Below are positions 7,782-16,300 of a stretch of 64,000 nucleotides of DNA, piece after piece. This DNA is from a virus. Its lineage: Duplodnaviria; Caudoviricetes. The position numbers were made by a program, and so were the translations under genes. Position 1 is the stretch's first letter. Every line of letters begins with the position of its first letter. The DNA is taken from the IMG/VR virus record IMGVR_UViG_3300021964_000052, positions 1,258 to 65,257 of that record. One strand, written 5' to 3'. Below the pieces are notes generated by a model. That model was not told the origin of the DNA. It ran no database searches and worked only from the letters and a program-made list of their open reading frames with translations.

Positions 7782-10510
7782 CTTCTTAACTTTATTTCAA
7801 AATACTTTTCTAAATCTTCTAAACTTCTTTCATAACCTTCTTTAAATAATTCTTCGTTTAATAACTTACTTGAAGAGTCCTTAATTAAATATTCATTATT
7901 ATGTTCTCTGTAAGGGATATCAGAAGAAGTTTTAAAATTATAATTATGCCATATACAAGCTTCAGAGCATACTTTTAAATTCCATCCTTTTAAAAAACTA
8001 ATAAATGTTTGAAAATCTTCTTCACCGTTGAATCTAATATTATCTGGTATGTTTACCTCTTTTACCCAATCGCTGTTAGTAAATAAAAATCCTGCTGCTG
8101 CCCATTTAGTATCAAATGGTTTATTATCTTTCCATGAATCAAAGTTTTCCGCTACACATCTATTATCAGTTTCAGAATCTTTTACTAAAAACCTTTTAAC
8201 CTTTAGCGGTGCATTAAATGGTAAATTGAGATAATCTTCTCCTATATCAGGTACATCAAAATTATTAGGGTACGTAGTTAAAATAGCTTTCGGATCATCT
8301 AAAGATTTATATTGACTCAGTAATATAAGGTCCCAGTTTCTTTTAAATCTAGTATGAGAATCTACTTGTAAGAAATATTTCTCATCCTGTATTTCTTTTT
8401 TAATTTTATTTCTAGCTACAACAACACCTTTTGATTGTTCCTTAGGAGTGTATAATATAGTAAGGTCATTATATTTTAACTCTAAAACCTTATTTAATTG
8501 TTCTATAGTATCCTGTAGGTTAACGCACACTACCACTTTACTACTGTCTGAAATATTATTATAAAGGCTTTTTAATGTGTCTATAATTTGACTATCACAG
8601 TAACTTGCTATAGAAACAAATATTTTAGAGTTATCATATTCCCATGCATCTCTATACTCTCTTGCCCAATTAGCTATAAATCCTCTATCTACTTTAAAAC
8701 TAGTTTGATCTTCTTCTTTGAACTGTTCAGTATTCACTATAAAAGTTTTATCTTCTATATCGTTCATCAAACCTCTCATCCTATAAACATAGGAGGATAA
8801 AGTTGAAAGTTTATTACCGATAAATTTTATAGCTCTACTACAAATTAACTGTTCAATTATTGGTATCCAATTATTATTAAATTCTAAATGATTAAGTTTA
8901 GATTTTAAATCATTATAGAATATAACGTTATAATGCTCTTTTATTAATTTAAAAAACTTTTCATCTTGATGATCTGTGGCAATGTAGAGTGTGCCTTGTT
9001 TAGGTATTATATTTTGAATATTAATGAGAAGTTCTTCTGCGGTAATAAACAAGTCTTTGTACTGAAAATCATTTCTTCTTAGATGTAGCGAATAGTAATT
9101 CTTATCCCCTAGTAAATTTATAAAAGCCCATCCTATATCGAATATTTCATTTCTATACCTTACTGTTTTATTTATGAGTGTTTTTAAACTATCTTCATGT
9201 TTAGTAAAAAAAGTAGAATAAAAATTACCTAGTAGATTTCTATCAAAATATAAGTACCTATCATTTTCACTTATTAAATCTTTAATATTAAGTACCTCTC
9301 TCTTTTTTGTAAAACTGGTAGGTGGTTCTAAAGGTTCAAAATTATAAACACAATTATCAGTCTTTATATTTATTTCCTTACATTTACTTTTAATATTATC
9401 GAAACTATCAAAGATGTGTTCAATATCTCGAAACTCTTCGTATTTAATAATTTTAATTTGTTTATTACTAAAATCAAAAAAATCATTCAATCCACAGTAA
9501 TTTTCTAAAAGATAGTAAGAGCTATTTGGAGGTAAGACTAAAGTTCTATTTAATAAAAAAGCTATACATAAAGCTAATTCATACGACATTCTAATATTAT
9601 TAAACCCTCCAGGCCATTCTTTATAAAGTACGTATCCTTCTTCTCCGTTATAAAACTTGAAAATATTTCCATCATCAATACCTTTATAATATCTAAAATC
9701 AGTATTTTTTTGATCTATATTAGATAGAAGAAAAGTATCCAAAGTATTTCTAGCCTTTGATATATCTATTTTCTGCTCTAAGTCAAATGTATGATCTTGT
9801 TTAAAGAAGATTTGATTACCTTCTTTATCCTCAATTTTATTAGGGTAGTGAATAATACTGGGAAGAGTTCTACTATCATTGTGTTCCCATACGCTACATA
9901 TTCCTAACCTATCTAAAAATTTTATATCAATATTATTAGATTTAAAAGCATAATCTAAGCCAAACATTTCTGCTTCCCATTTTTTAGTATTAACTCTATA
10001 GTCTATACAAGCCTGTTTATAAGAATCAATAATTTTTTTAAGAGTAAAGAAATTTAAAGCAAAAGGATACATAATTCCTTTTTTACCGGTAGGATAATTA
10101 TCATTAGGCCTGTTAAAATCTTTCCATCTTTGACCAATTACTTCATTATTAGATAAATTAAAATCTACTGATTGCAAAAATATCATGTCAGGGTCCAAAA
10201 AAAGTATTTTATCTGTATCTATTAAATCTAAATTTTCACATAGCCAAGAAATAGATTCGTACTTATTAGGTATTCCGCCCCACCAGTCTTTATTTTTTAA
10301 TTCCCATTCTTTTGCCCAATCAGGTAGTTCTATAACTTTAGTATTTTTACTAAAATTAAAATCTATTTTTTCGTTTTTATGATTGATATCCTCTGAGAGA
10401 AGTATAGTAAGTTGACCTGTTTGGTTTACATTCTCAAAAGATCGTTCTAGATATTCAAGTTGCCATTTTTGGTAAAGGCACTTGCTTGTACTCACTACTA
10501 CATAGTCCAT
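7778..10510 (-). CDS. Three-domain glycosyltransferase: GT95/GT96-like + O-fucosyltransferase-like + GT60-like
   Basis: N: YQKWQ, GQLTILLS, PNK..SWL, LDPDMIF, WEAEMFG; middle: GGFNNIR, NRTLVLPP, HLRRNDF, LYIATD, EQLICS, STLS; C: IFVSIASY, LQVDSHTRF, AAGFLF, FNGEE. Confidence 0.8.
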   Translation of the reverse strand: MDYVVVSTSKCLYQKWQLEYLERSFENVNQTGQLTILLSEDINHKNEKIDFNFSKNTKVIELPDWAKEWELKNKDWWGGIPNKYESISWLCENLDLIDTDKILFLDPDMIFLQSVDFNLSNNEVIGQRWKDFNRPNDNYPTGKKGIMYPFALNFFTLKKIIDSYKQACIDYRVNTKKWEAEMFGLDYAFKSNNIDIKFLDRLGICSVWEHNDSRTLPSIIHYPNKIEDKEGNQIFFKQDHTFDLEQKIDISKARNTLDTFLLSNIDQKNTDFRYYKGIDDGNIFKFYNGEEGYVLYKEWPGGFNNIRMSYELALCIAFLLNRTLVLPPNSSYYLLENYCGLNDFFDFSNKQIKIIKYEEFRDIEHIFDSFDNIKSKCKEINIKTDNCVYNFEPLEPPTSFTKKREVLNIKDLISENDRYLYFDRNLLGNFYSTFFTKHEDSLKTLINKTVRYRNEIFDIGWAFINLLGDKNYYSLHLRRNDFQYKDLFITAEELLINIQNIIPKQGTLYIATDHQDEKFFKLIKEHYNVIFYNDLKSKLNHLEFNNNWIPIIEQLICSRAIKFIGNKLSTLSSYVYRMRGLMNDIEDKTFIVNTEQFKEEDQTSFKVDRGFIANWAREYRDAWEYDNSKIFVSIASYCDSQIIDTLKSLYNNISDSSKVVVCVNLQDTIEQLNKVLELKYNDLTILYTPKEQSKGVVVARNKIKKEIQDEKYFLQVDSHTRFKRNWDLILLSQYKSLDDPKAILTTYPNNFDVPDIGEDYLNLPFNAPLKVKRFLVKDSETDNRCVAENFDSWKDNKPFDTKWAAAGFLFTNSDWVKEVNIPDNIRFNGEEDFQTFISFLKGWNLKVCSEACIWHNYNFKTSSDIPYREHNNEYLIKDSSSKLLNEELFKEGYERSLEDLEKYFEIKLRR

Positions 10511-11757
10511 TATACACTAGTAAGTTTATAGTCATTAAGTTTGTAATGTACGTAAAAGTTACGGTACCAGTTACCTTTAAACTCTTCTTGTCTACCGTGT
10601 AAACAGGTAGCAGATTCATATAAAATAATATCTCCTATTTCAGCATATATTTTATGCCACTTCCCGCTATGGTCTTGAAAGTCAAGAGGCCAGTCATTTT
10701 TTGCTCCTTTAGTATCTTTACAGTCACAATTAAGATCTTTATCTACTATTATGATACTTGAAACATGATGTGTTTCTAACCTATCGGTATGATTGATAAG
10801 CGTAGCACCTTTATTATAGGATCTTATCCCATATAACATAGTTGGTGATAAAGATTCACCTGAGAACTCTTCATGTAGCGGTTTAAGCTGATTATGTATA
10901 ATTTCTCTTATAGAAGTAAGATTATCAAAACTCATAATCTCTGTTCTATTATCTCCAGGAGTTATTACATTATCTATACCTTCCCACTTTTCTTCTGCTT
11001 TGCTATTTTTTAAAAGACTGTAAGCATCCTTTATAATTTGCCATGTATCCTCCGGGCACTTGACTATCTTATATCCTTTTTTAGTTAGTCTAGGAAAATC
11101 ATCTACACCCGTAAAAGATTTACTATTTAAACTAACAACCTTACCTTTTCCTGTGGATTTACGTTTATCTAATTCTAATTTGAGGCGAGTATCTTCAGAA
11201 GGTTTCCATTCATTTTCTCTCCACCATGAAGTTATAATATATTTTTTACCTTCTGTAACAGGTGTGCCTTCGTGCATTGATTGGTGATTAACTTTTCCGT
11301 CAATCATATTATCCCATCTCAACGCTCTTCCAGTTTTAGGTTTAAATTTTATACCTAAATTAGTAAAATCCGTCTCTCCTCCTACCATATCTTCATTTAG
11401 ATAAATCATAAGGGTCTTAACTCTATTACCTGAAAAAAGGCAATGAGTTTTATAAGCCTCGGGGGAAAAATAATCTGTATGAGGTTTAAAATACTCTCCT
11501 GGTTGGTATAACTGGCCCTGTAGAGTTTCTCCTCTTTTAATATCTAACCCTACATACTTAGCTATTTTTTCTTTTAATGCTTTAACTTTATCATCCTCTT
11601 CTGATAGCTGAGAAGTACTAGAAGTCCTATAATCATTAATCTCAGAAAACTTATCATTAGCAGTAGTAACTGCAGATCTAGAATGTTTTTTATCTATTAA
11701 ACTAATAAAGTATTCACATTCTTCTTTTGTAAGAAAATTTTCAGCGTATTTAACCAT
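10510..11757 (-). CDS. Prolyl 4-hydroxylase with a second 2OG-Fe(II) oxygenase domain
   Basis: FLTKEEC, RTSST, LQGQLYQPGEYFKPHTDYF, RVKTLMIYLN...GGETDF, HEGTPVTEGKKY; second domain GIRSY..GATLINHTDR...HGR. Confidence 0.88.
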   Translation of the reverse strand: MVKYAENFLTKEECEYFISLIDKKHSRSAVTTANDKFSEINDYRTSSTSQLSEEDDKVKALKEKIAKYVGLDIKRGETLQGQLYQPGEYFKPHTDYFSPEAYKTHCLFSGNRVKTLMIYLNEDMVGGETDFTNLGIKFKPKTGRALRWDNMIDGKVNHQSMHEGTPVTEGKKYIITSWWRENEWKPSEDTRLKLELDKRKSTGKGKVVSLNSKSFTGVDDFPRLTKKGYKIVKCPEDTWQIIKDAYSLLKNSKAEEKWEGIDNVITPGDNRTEIMSFDNLTSIREIIHNQLKPLHEEFSGESLSPTMLYGIRSYNKGATLINHTDRLETHHVSSIIIVDKDLNCDCKDTKGAKNDWPLDFQDHSGKWHKIYAEIGDIILYESATCLHGRQEEFKGNWYRNFYVHYKLNDYKLTSV

Positions 11758-11770
11758 AACTTACTTTAGT

Positions 11771-11803
11771 ATAATATATGAAATTAATATTTAATTTCCA
11801 ACT
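11771..11803 (-). promoter_or_regulatory. Putative early/host-sigma promoter for the P4H-GT operon
   Basis: AGTTG-N20-TATATTAT fills the gap between the repeat protein and the P4H gene. Confidence 0.7.
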
Positions 11804-11804
11804 T

Positions 11805-13361
11805 TTACGGTTCCCCAGGTACACCAGGAGGTCCAGGAGGTCCAGGAGGTCCAGGAGGTCCAATACTAGGTGCTGGAGTCGGGGCAGGTGTTGGACTAGG
11901 TGTCGGAGCAGGTGTTGGACAATTTGCTGCAGGATTAACTGGTACAGCATCTGTTGTATTAATTCTATATTCAAATAACCTAGATTTAGAACCATCCGAT
12001 AAATAGAATAGATCACCGTCTCCATAATTTAAACCTATCCATAAACCTTCTACTGTGGTTACATTAGAACTATCGAACGTAGTTGCTCCATATATAAATG
12101 TAGTGTTGTTAGTATTACCTGAACAAGCATTACCAGCTGATGTACTATGAGCAAGTGATTGAGTTCCGCTTACTACTGGAGCTGGAGTAGGAGCAGGTGT
12201 TGGTGCCGGAGTAGGTGCTGGTGTTACTGGTGCTGGTGTAGGTGCCGGAGTTGGACTAGGTGTAGGACTAGGCGTTGGTGCCGGTGTAGGTGCTGGTGTT
12301 GGTGCAACAGGAGCAGGTGTCGGACTAGGAGTAGGTGCCGGAGTAGGAGCAGGTGTTGGACATGCTACTGCTGCTTGTTGTGGAGTTGCACCACTAGAAG
12401 CCTTTTTAAATTGTCTAGTATCAGTTCCATCAGATACCCAGAATATAGTATTTGTAGCGTATCCTCCTATTGTTATACTATCTATCGATGTAACACTAGA
12501 CCCAGCAAATGTTGTATCATCATAAATTATTGTACCGTAAGCTGTATTGTCATCTCCTCCGCTACATGCATCGTCAGCGTCACTAGTTGAGTAGTATAAA
12601 TCTTCATTACCTGTTACTATAGGAGCTGGAGTAGGAGCAGGTGTTGGTGCCGGAGTAGGAGCAGGTGTTACTGGTGCCGGAGTAGGAGCAGGTGTTGGTG
12701 CTGGAGTAGGAGCAGGTGTTGGTGCCGGAGTAGGTGCCGGAGTAGGTGCCGGAGTAGGTGCTGGAGTCGGGGCAACAGGTGCCGGAGTTGGAGCAGGTGT
12801 CGGGCTAGGTGTTGGTGCCGGAGTAGGAGCAGGTGTTGGAGCAGGTGTTGGACTAGGAGTAGGACAAGTAACTGATGAAGCTTGTGGTGTACCGTACTGA
12901 CTAGTTTTAGCAAATTCTCTACTATCTGTACCATCTGATACCCAGAATGTAGTACTGGCTGCATATCCTCCGGTTTTTATACTGTCTATATAAGTTACAT
13001 TAGCACTAGTAAATGCTGTTGCTCCTGCTATGTAAGTACTATATGCAAGTCCGTCGTCTCCTCCACTACAAGCATCATTTCCAGATGTAGTAGAATAGTA
13101 TAAAGATTGATTATTATTAACTATAGGGGCTGGAGTAGGAGCAGGTGTTGGAGCTGGTGTTGGAGCTGGTGTTGGAGCTATTGGTGCTGGTGTAGGTGCT
13201 GGAGTTGGAGCTCCTAAACCGTAAAATTCATCCATTGAATCAGGAGAGGTCAACCCGAAAGCTAATGATGCAGAAGTAAGATTTAGTTCAGCTTGAGTAC
13301 TATTTCCTAATTCATCATTAAGATCCTCGAATGATATAGGTCCTGACGACTGTATTGCCAT
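11805..13361 (-). CDS. Pro/Thr/Ala-rich (PTPA)n virion protein with three Cys-flanked domains and C-terminal GPP repeats
   Basis: N-terminal [19 protein letters not shown]...SMDEFYG module; four PTPA tracts; three AC...SDG...C domains; directly follows the tail fibre gene. Confidence 0.85.
   Translation of the reverse strand: MAIQSSGPISFEDLNDELGNSTQAELNLTSASLAFGLTSPDSMDEFYGLGAPTPAPTPAPIAPTPAPTPAPTPAPTPAPIVNNNQSLYYSTTSGNDACSGGDDGLAYSTYIAGATAFTSANVTYIDSIKTGGYAASTTFWVSDGTDSREFAKTSQYGTPQASSVTCPTPSPTPAPTPAPTPAPTPSPTPAPTPAPVAPTPAPTPAPTPAPTPAPTPAPTPAPTPAPTPAPVTPAPTPAPTPAPTPAPIVTGNEDLYYSTSDADDACSGGDDNTAYGTIIYDDTTFAGSSVTSIDSITIGGYATNTIFWVSDGTDTRQFKKASSGATPQQAAVACPTPAPTPAPTPSPTPAPVAPTPAPTPAPTPSPTPSPTPAPTPAPVTPAPTPAPTPAPTPAPVVSGTQSLAHSTSAGNACSGNTNNTTFIYGATTFDSSNVTTVEGLWIGLNYGDGDLFYLSDGSKSRLFEYRINTTDAVPVNPAANCPTPAPTPSPTPAPTPAPSIGPPGPPGPPGPPGVPGEP
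11808..11861 (-). repeat. Collagen-like (GPP)4-GVP-GEP tract
   Basis: aggaggtcc x4 tandem on the plus strand. Confidence 0.9.
12178..12360 (-). repeat. 12-nt period coding repeat, PTPA tract 3
   Basis: ggagtaggtgcc-type degenerate tandem repeats. Confidence 0.9.
12621..12863 (-). repeat. 12-nt period coding repeat, PTPA tract 2 (longest)
   Basis: About 20 PTPA-like units. Confidence 0.9.
13125..13211 (-). repeat. 12-nt period coding repeat, PTPA tract 1
   Basis: ggagctggtgtt-type units. Confidence 0.9.
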
Positions 13362-13363
13362 AA

Positions 13364-16300
13364 CTAGTCTTTTAATTTATTCTCTAACTCTTCTACTTTA
13401 CTTGATAATTCTTTTACTGCTTCAATTAATACTGCTGTTAGTTTATCATATTTAACGCCTAAATACCCTCCGTGCATTTCTCCTACAACTTCAGGAAGTA
13501 CGTGTTTAACGTCTTGTGCTACAACTCCTATATCATGACCTTTAAATGTATGTACATTTTCATTTCCAGCTTTCCAATCGAAGTATACTCCTCTTAATTT
13601 ATGAATTTTTTCTAAAGGACTATTAATAATTTTAATATTTTCTTTTAATCTATTATCAGATGAAGCAAATGCTGTAATATTTCCTGTTGCTGTTATCGCA
13701 CCTCCTACCTCTAACTGTGCACCAGTTGTCGTAACTGGCATCTTAACATATTTAGAAGTAGCTGAGATTACCTGCATACCGCCGGCTGTTATCTCTGAAA
13801 ATTCTAACGCTGTACCAGCAGCAGCTGAAACCGTTACTGCGGAACATATTGGAGGTCTATAATCAACCGATAAAACGTTAAGTCCTCCTCCACCATTTGA
13901 AGCATAAGCTGAGATAACAATACTTTTTATAAAAGTTCTCACACTATAAGATGCTCCTAGCTGTAGAGTTACGCCGTTGAAGTTAATATCTAGATTTCCA
14001 GTATCTAGAGTTATAACTTCATCTCCTGATCCTGAGTTACCAAAATTATATAGTTTGGTTTGTATAGTAGAAATAGAACCTTGATAATTTTTACGTAGTT
14101 CTGCTCCTACAGTTATACCTACAGTATGAGATACAGATCCATTTCCGTAAGGATCGTAGGGGCTAAATTCTGATTCAATGTAATGTGAAGTTAATTGAGG
14201 ATTTATAGTAGCAGAAAAAGAAGCATTAACATTATCATAAGCAGATGTTACTGCTGATGATGAAGGAGGTGTAGTATCACTGTTATATAAAGGACCACTA
14301 AAGTTAAAAGTAACATATCCTGAAGTAGAGTTACTAAATCCAGTTCCGTTATTTGTATTACTGATAGTTCCTGTCATAGTTAAAGGAGCTCCAGTATTAG
14401 TTGCAGATAACGAAGTGTTTCTATTTATTCTAACTCTAGCATCACTACCAGAGTAAATTGTTATAGAGGGTGCATCTCCTGCGACTATTTCTATAGAGTC
14501 GTTACCGTCAGAACCAGTAGCAACTAATTCATTTCCTGTAACTGTAAATCCTGCTATAGTACCTCCAGATGCATTAATAGTTCCTTCAATATTAGCATCT
14601 GTCGCCAGTACTGAACCATCGGCAGCAACTGCGAATTTAGGATTTGCAGTATTCGGGACTGTTATTGTAGAACCTACGATAGAACCACTTACACTTAATG
14701 ATGAACCGTCAAACTCTACAAAGTTATTTGCAGTACCTGCTTTAAAACTTCCATCAGCAAACCATTTGTTGTTTGCATTGAGGTATAATCCGTCGTCTGA
14801 GCCACTTACATTAGATCCGAAATAAAAATTATTAGCATTTAATTTACCGGATAGATTAATATTACCTGAGAATGTACCGGCTGTTGCTGTTATATTCCCA
14901 GTTATGGTTGCACTAGTAGCAGTTAATGCTCCTGCTTTAGTAACCTGGAATTCTGCACTACCTTGTGTAGCATGACCAATCCACATATCTCCATCTGATG
15001 CAACTCTAAATATGTCATTTCCTGAACCTATACTTAAACTACCACCAGTAATAGAAGGAGCAGAAAAAGATCCTCCACTTAAGGTCATATTCTCAGCATT
15101 TATATTACCAGCAAAGTATCCTTCTGAAGCTGATATTATCCCGTCTACAATTAATTCTGATTCAGATGCATCCCAGGCTAAACCTCCAGTTGATCCACTT
15201 AAATAGAAATCTCCATTACTAGCCATGTAAGTTGCCCAGTGGGAGGCTGAATGGAATCCTAAATAATTACTTCCTATATATAGTCCAGGAGTAGAAGAAG
15301 GTATTGCAGCCTTTACAACACTACCTGAAACATTAGTAAATGTTCTATTATCTAAATTAGTAACATCAGTAGTTAAGTTATTAATATTACTTGTATTAGT
15401 AGAAGCACTTGCGGTAGCTTGATTTGCTGTGCTTTGTGCATCATTTATCGCATCGTAAGTGGCACCTGAGCTAATAACTATAGAACCGGCTATATCGGCA
15501 TTAGATGCTGTTAAGTTTCCTTCTGCATCTACATTAAAATTACTTCCGATAGCTATGGTACCCCCAGTAATTGCTCCTTTAAACGTCGCTCCACTGTTGT
15601 CTATTACAAACTCTGTACTATGTATTGAACCTGCTTTTGCAAAAGTTATACCGCTAGTGGTAAACCCGCTAGTATCTTTTGCAGAACCTGAGCTAAATAT
15701 GGCATCACTGTCGATATTCCATCCACCAATCGTACCGTCTGTAGCAGTAATAGTACCGTTAATAGTTGCATTAGTAGCTGTTAATGCTCCTGCTGGTGTA
15801 ACTCTAAAAGGTGCTGATGTAAATGTGGCATGCCCTAGAGAGATACCGTTGTTATTTGCTTTAAATATATTATTTGAAGTAGTTCCAATTTCAATAGTAG
15901 AACCAGAAATTAACCCTCTAAATGTAGCATCACCGTCGGAAGCTATTTTAAATTGTTTTGCTCCGATAAACCCTGCTCCTAATGTTATCTGTCCATCTGA
16001 AGAAGCAAATGTATCATCGGCAAGTTCTGTACCTCTATAAATGGCGTTTGAGTCGATTGTCCATCCTCCGACTGATCCTTTTGTTTTAACTAAAGTTTCA
16101 GGGGCGATATGAACTCTATCAACTATTATTTCGTTGGTACCTGCTCCGGTCCAATTTAGTATAATAGGAGAGGCATAAACAGCTGATTCGGTTGGTGTAT
16201 AGTAAAATAAGTATTCAGTAAATGAAGTACCTAAACCAATATCATCTAAATCTAATGCAGCTCCATTTGAAGCTGTTGCAAAGGATGAGATTTGTCTTGT

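Noticed and set aside
11778-12964. Arg/Cys/Trp- and His/Leu-rich ORFs (11778+, 12159+, 11750-, 12668-)
   Set aside because: Alternative-frame shadows of the PTPA/GPP repeats.
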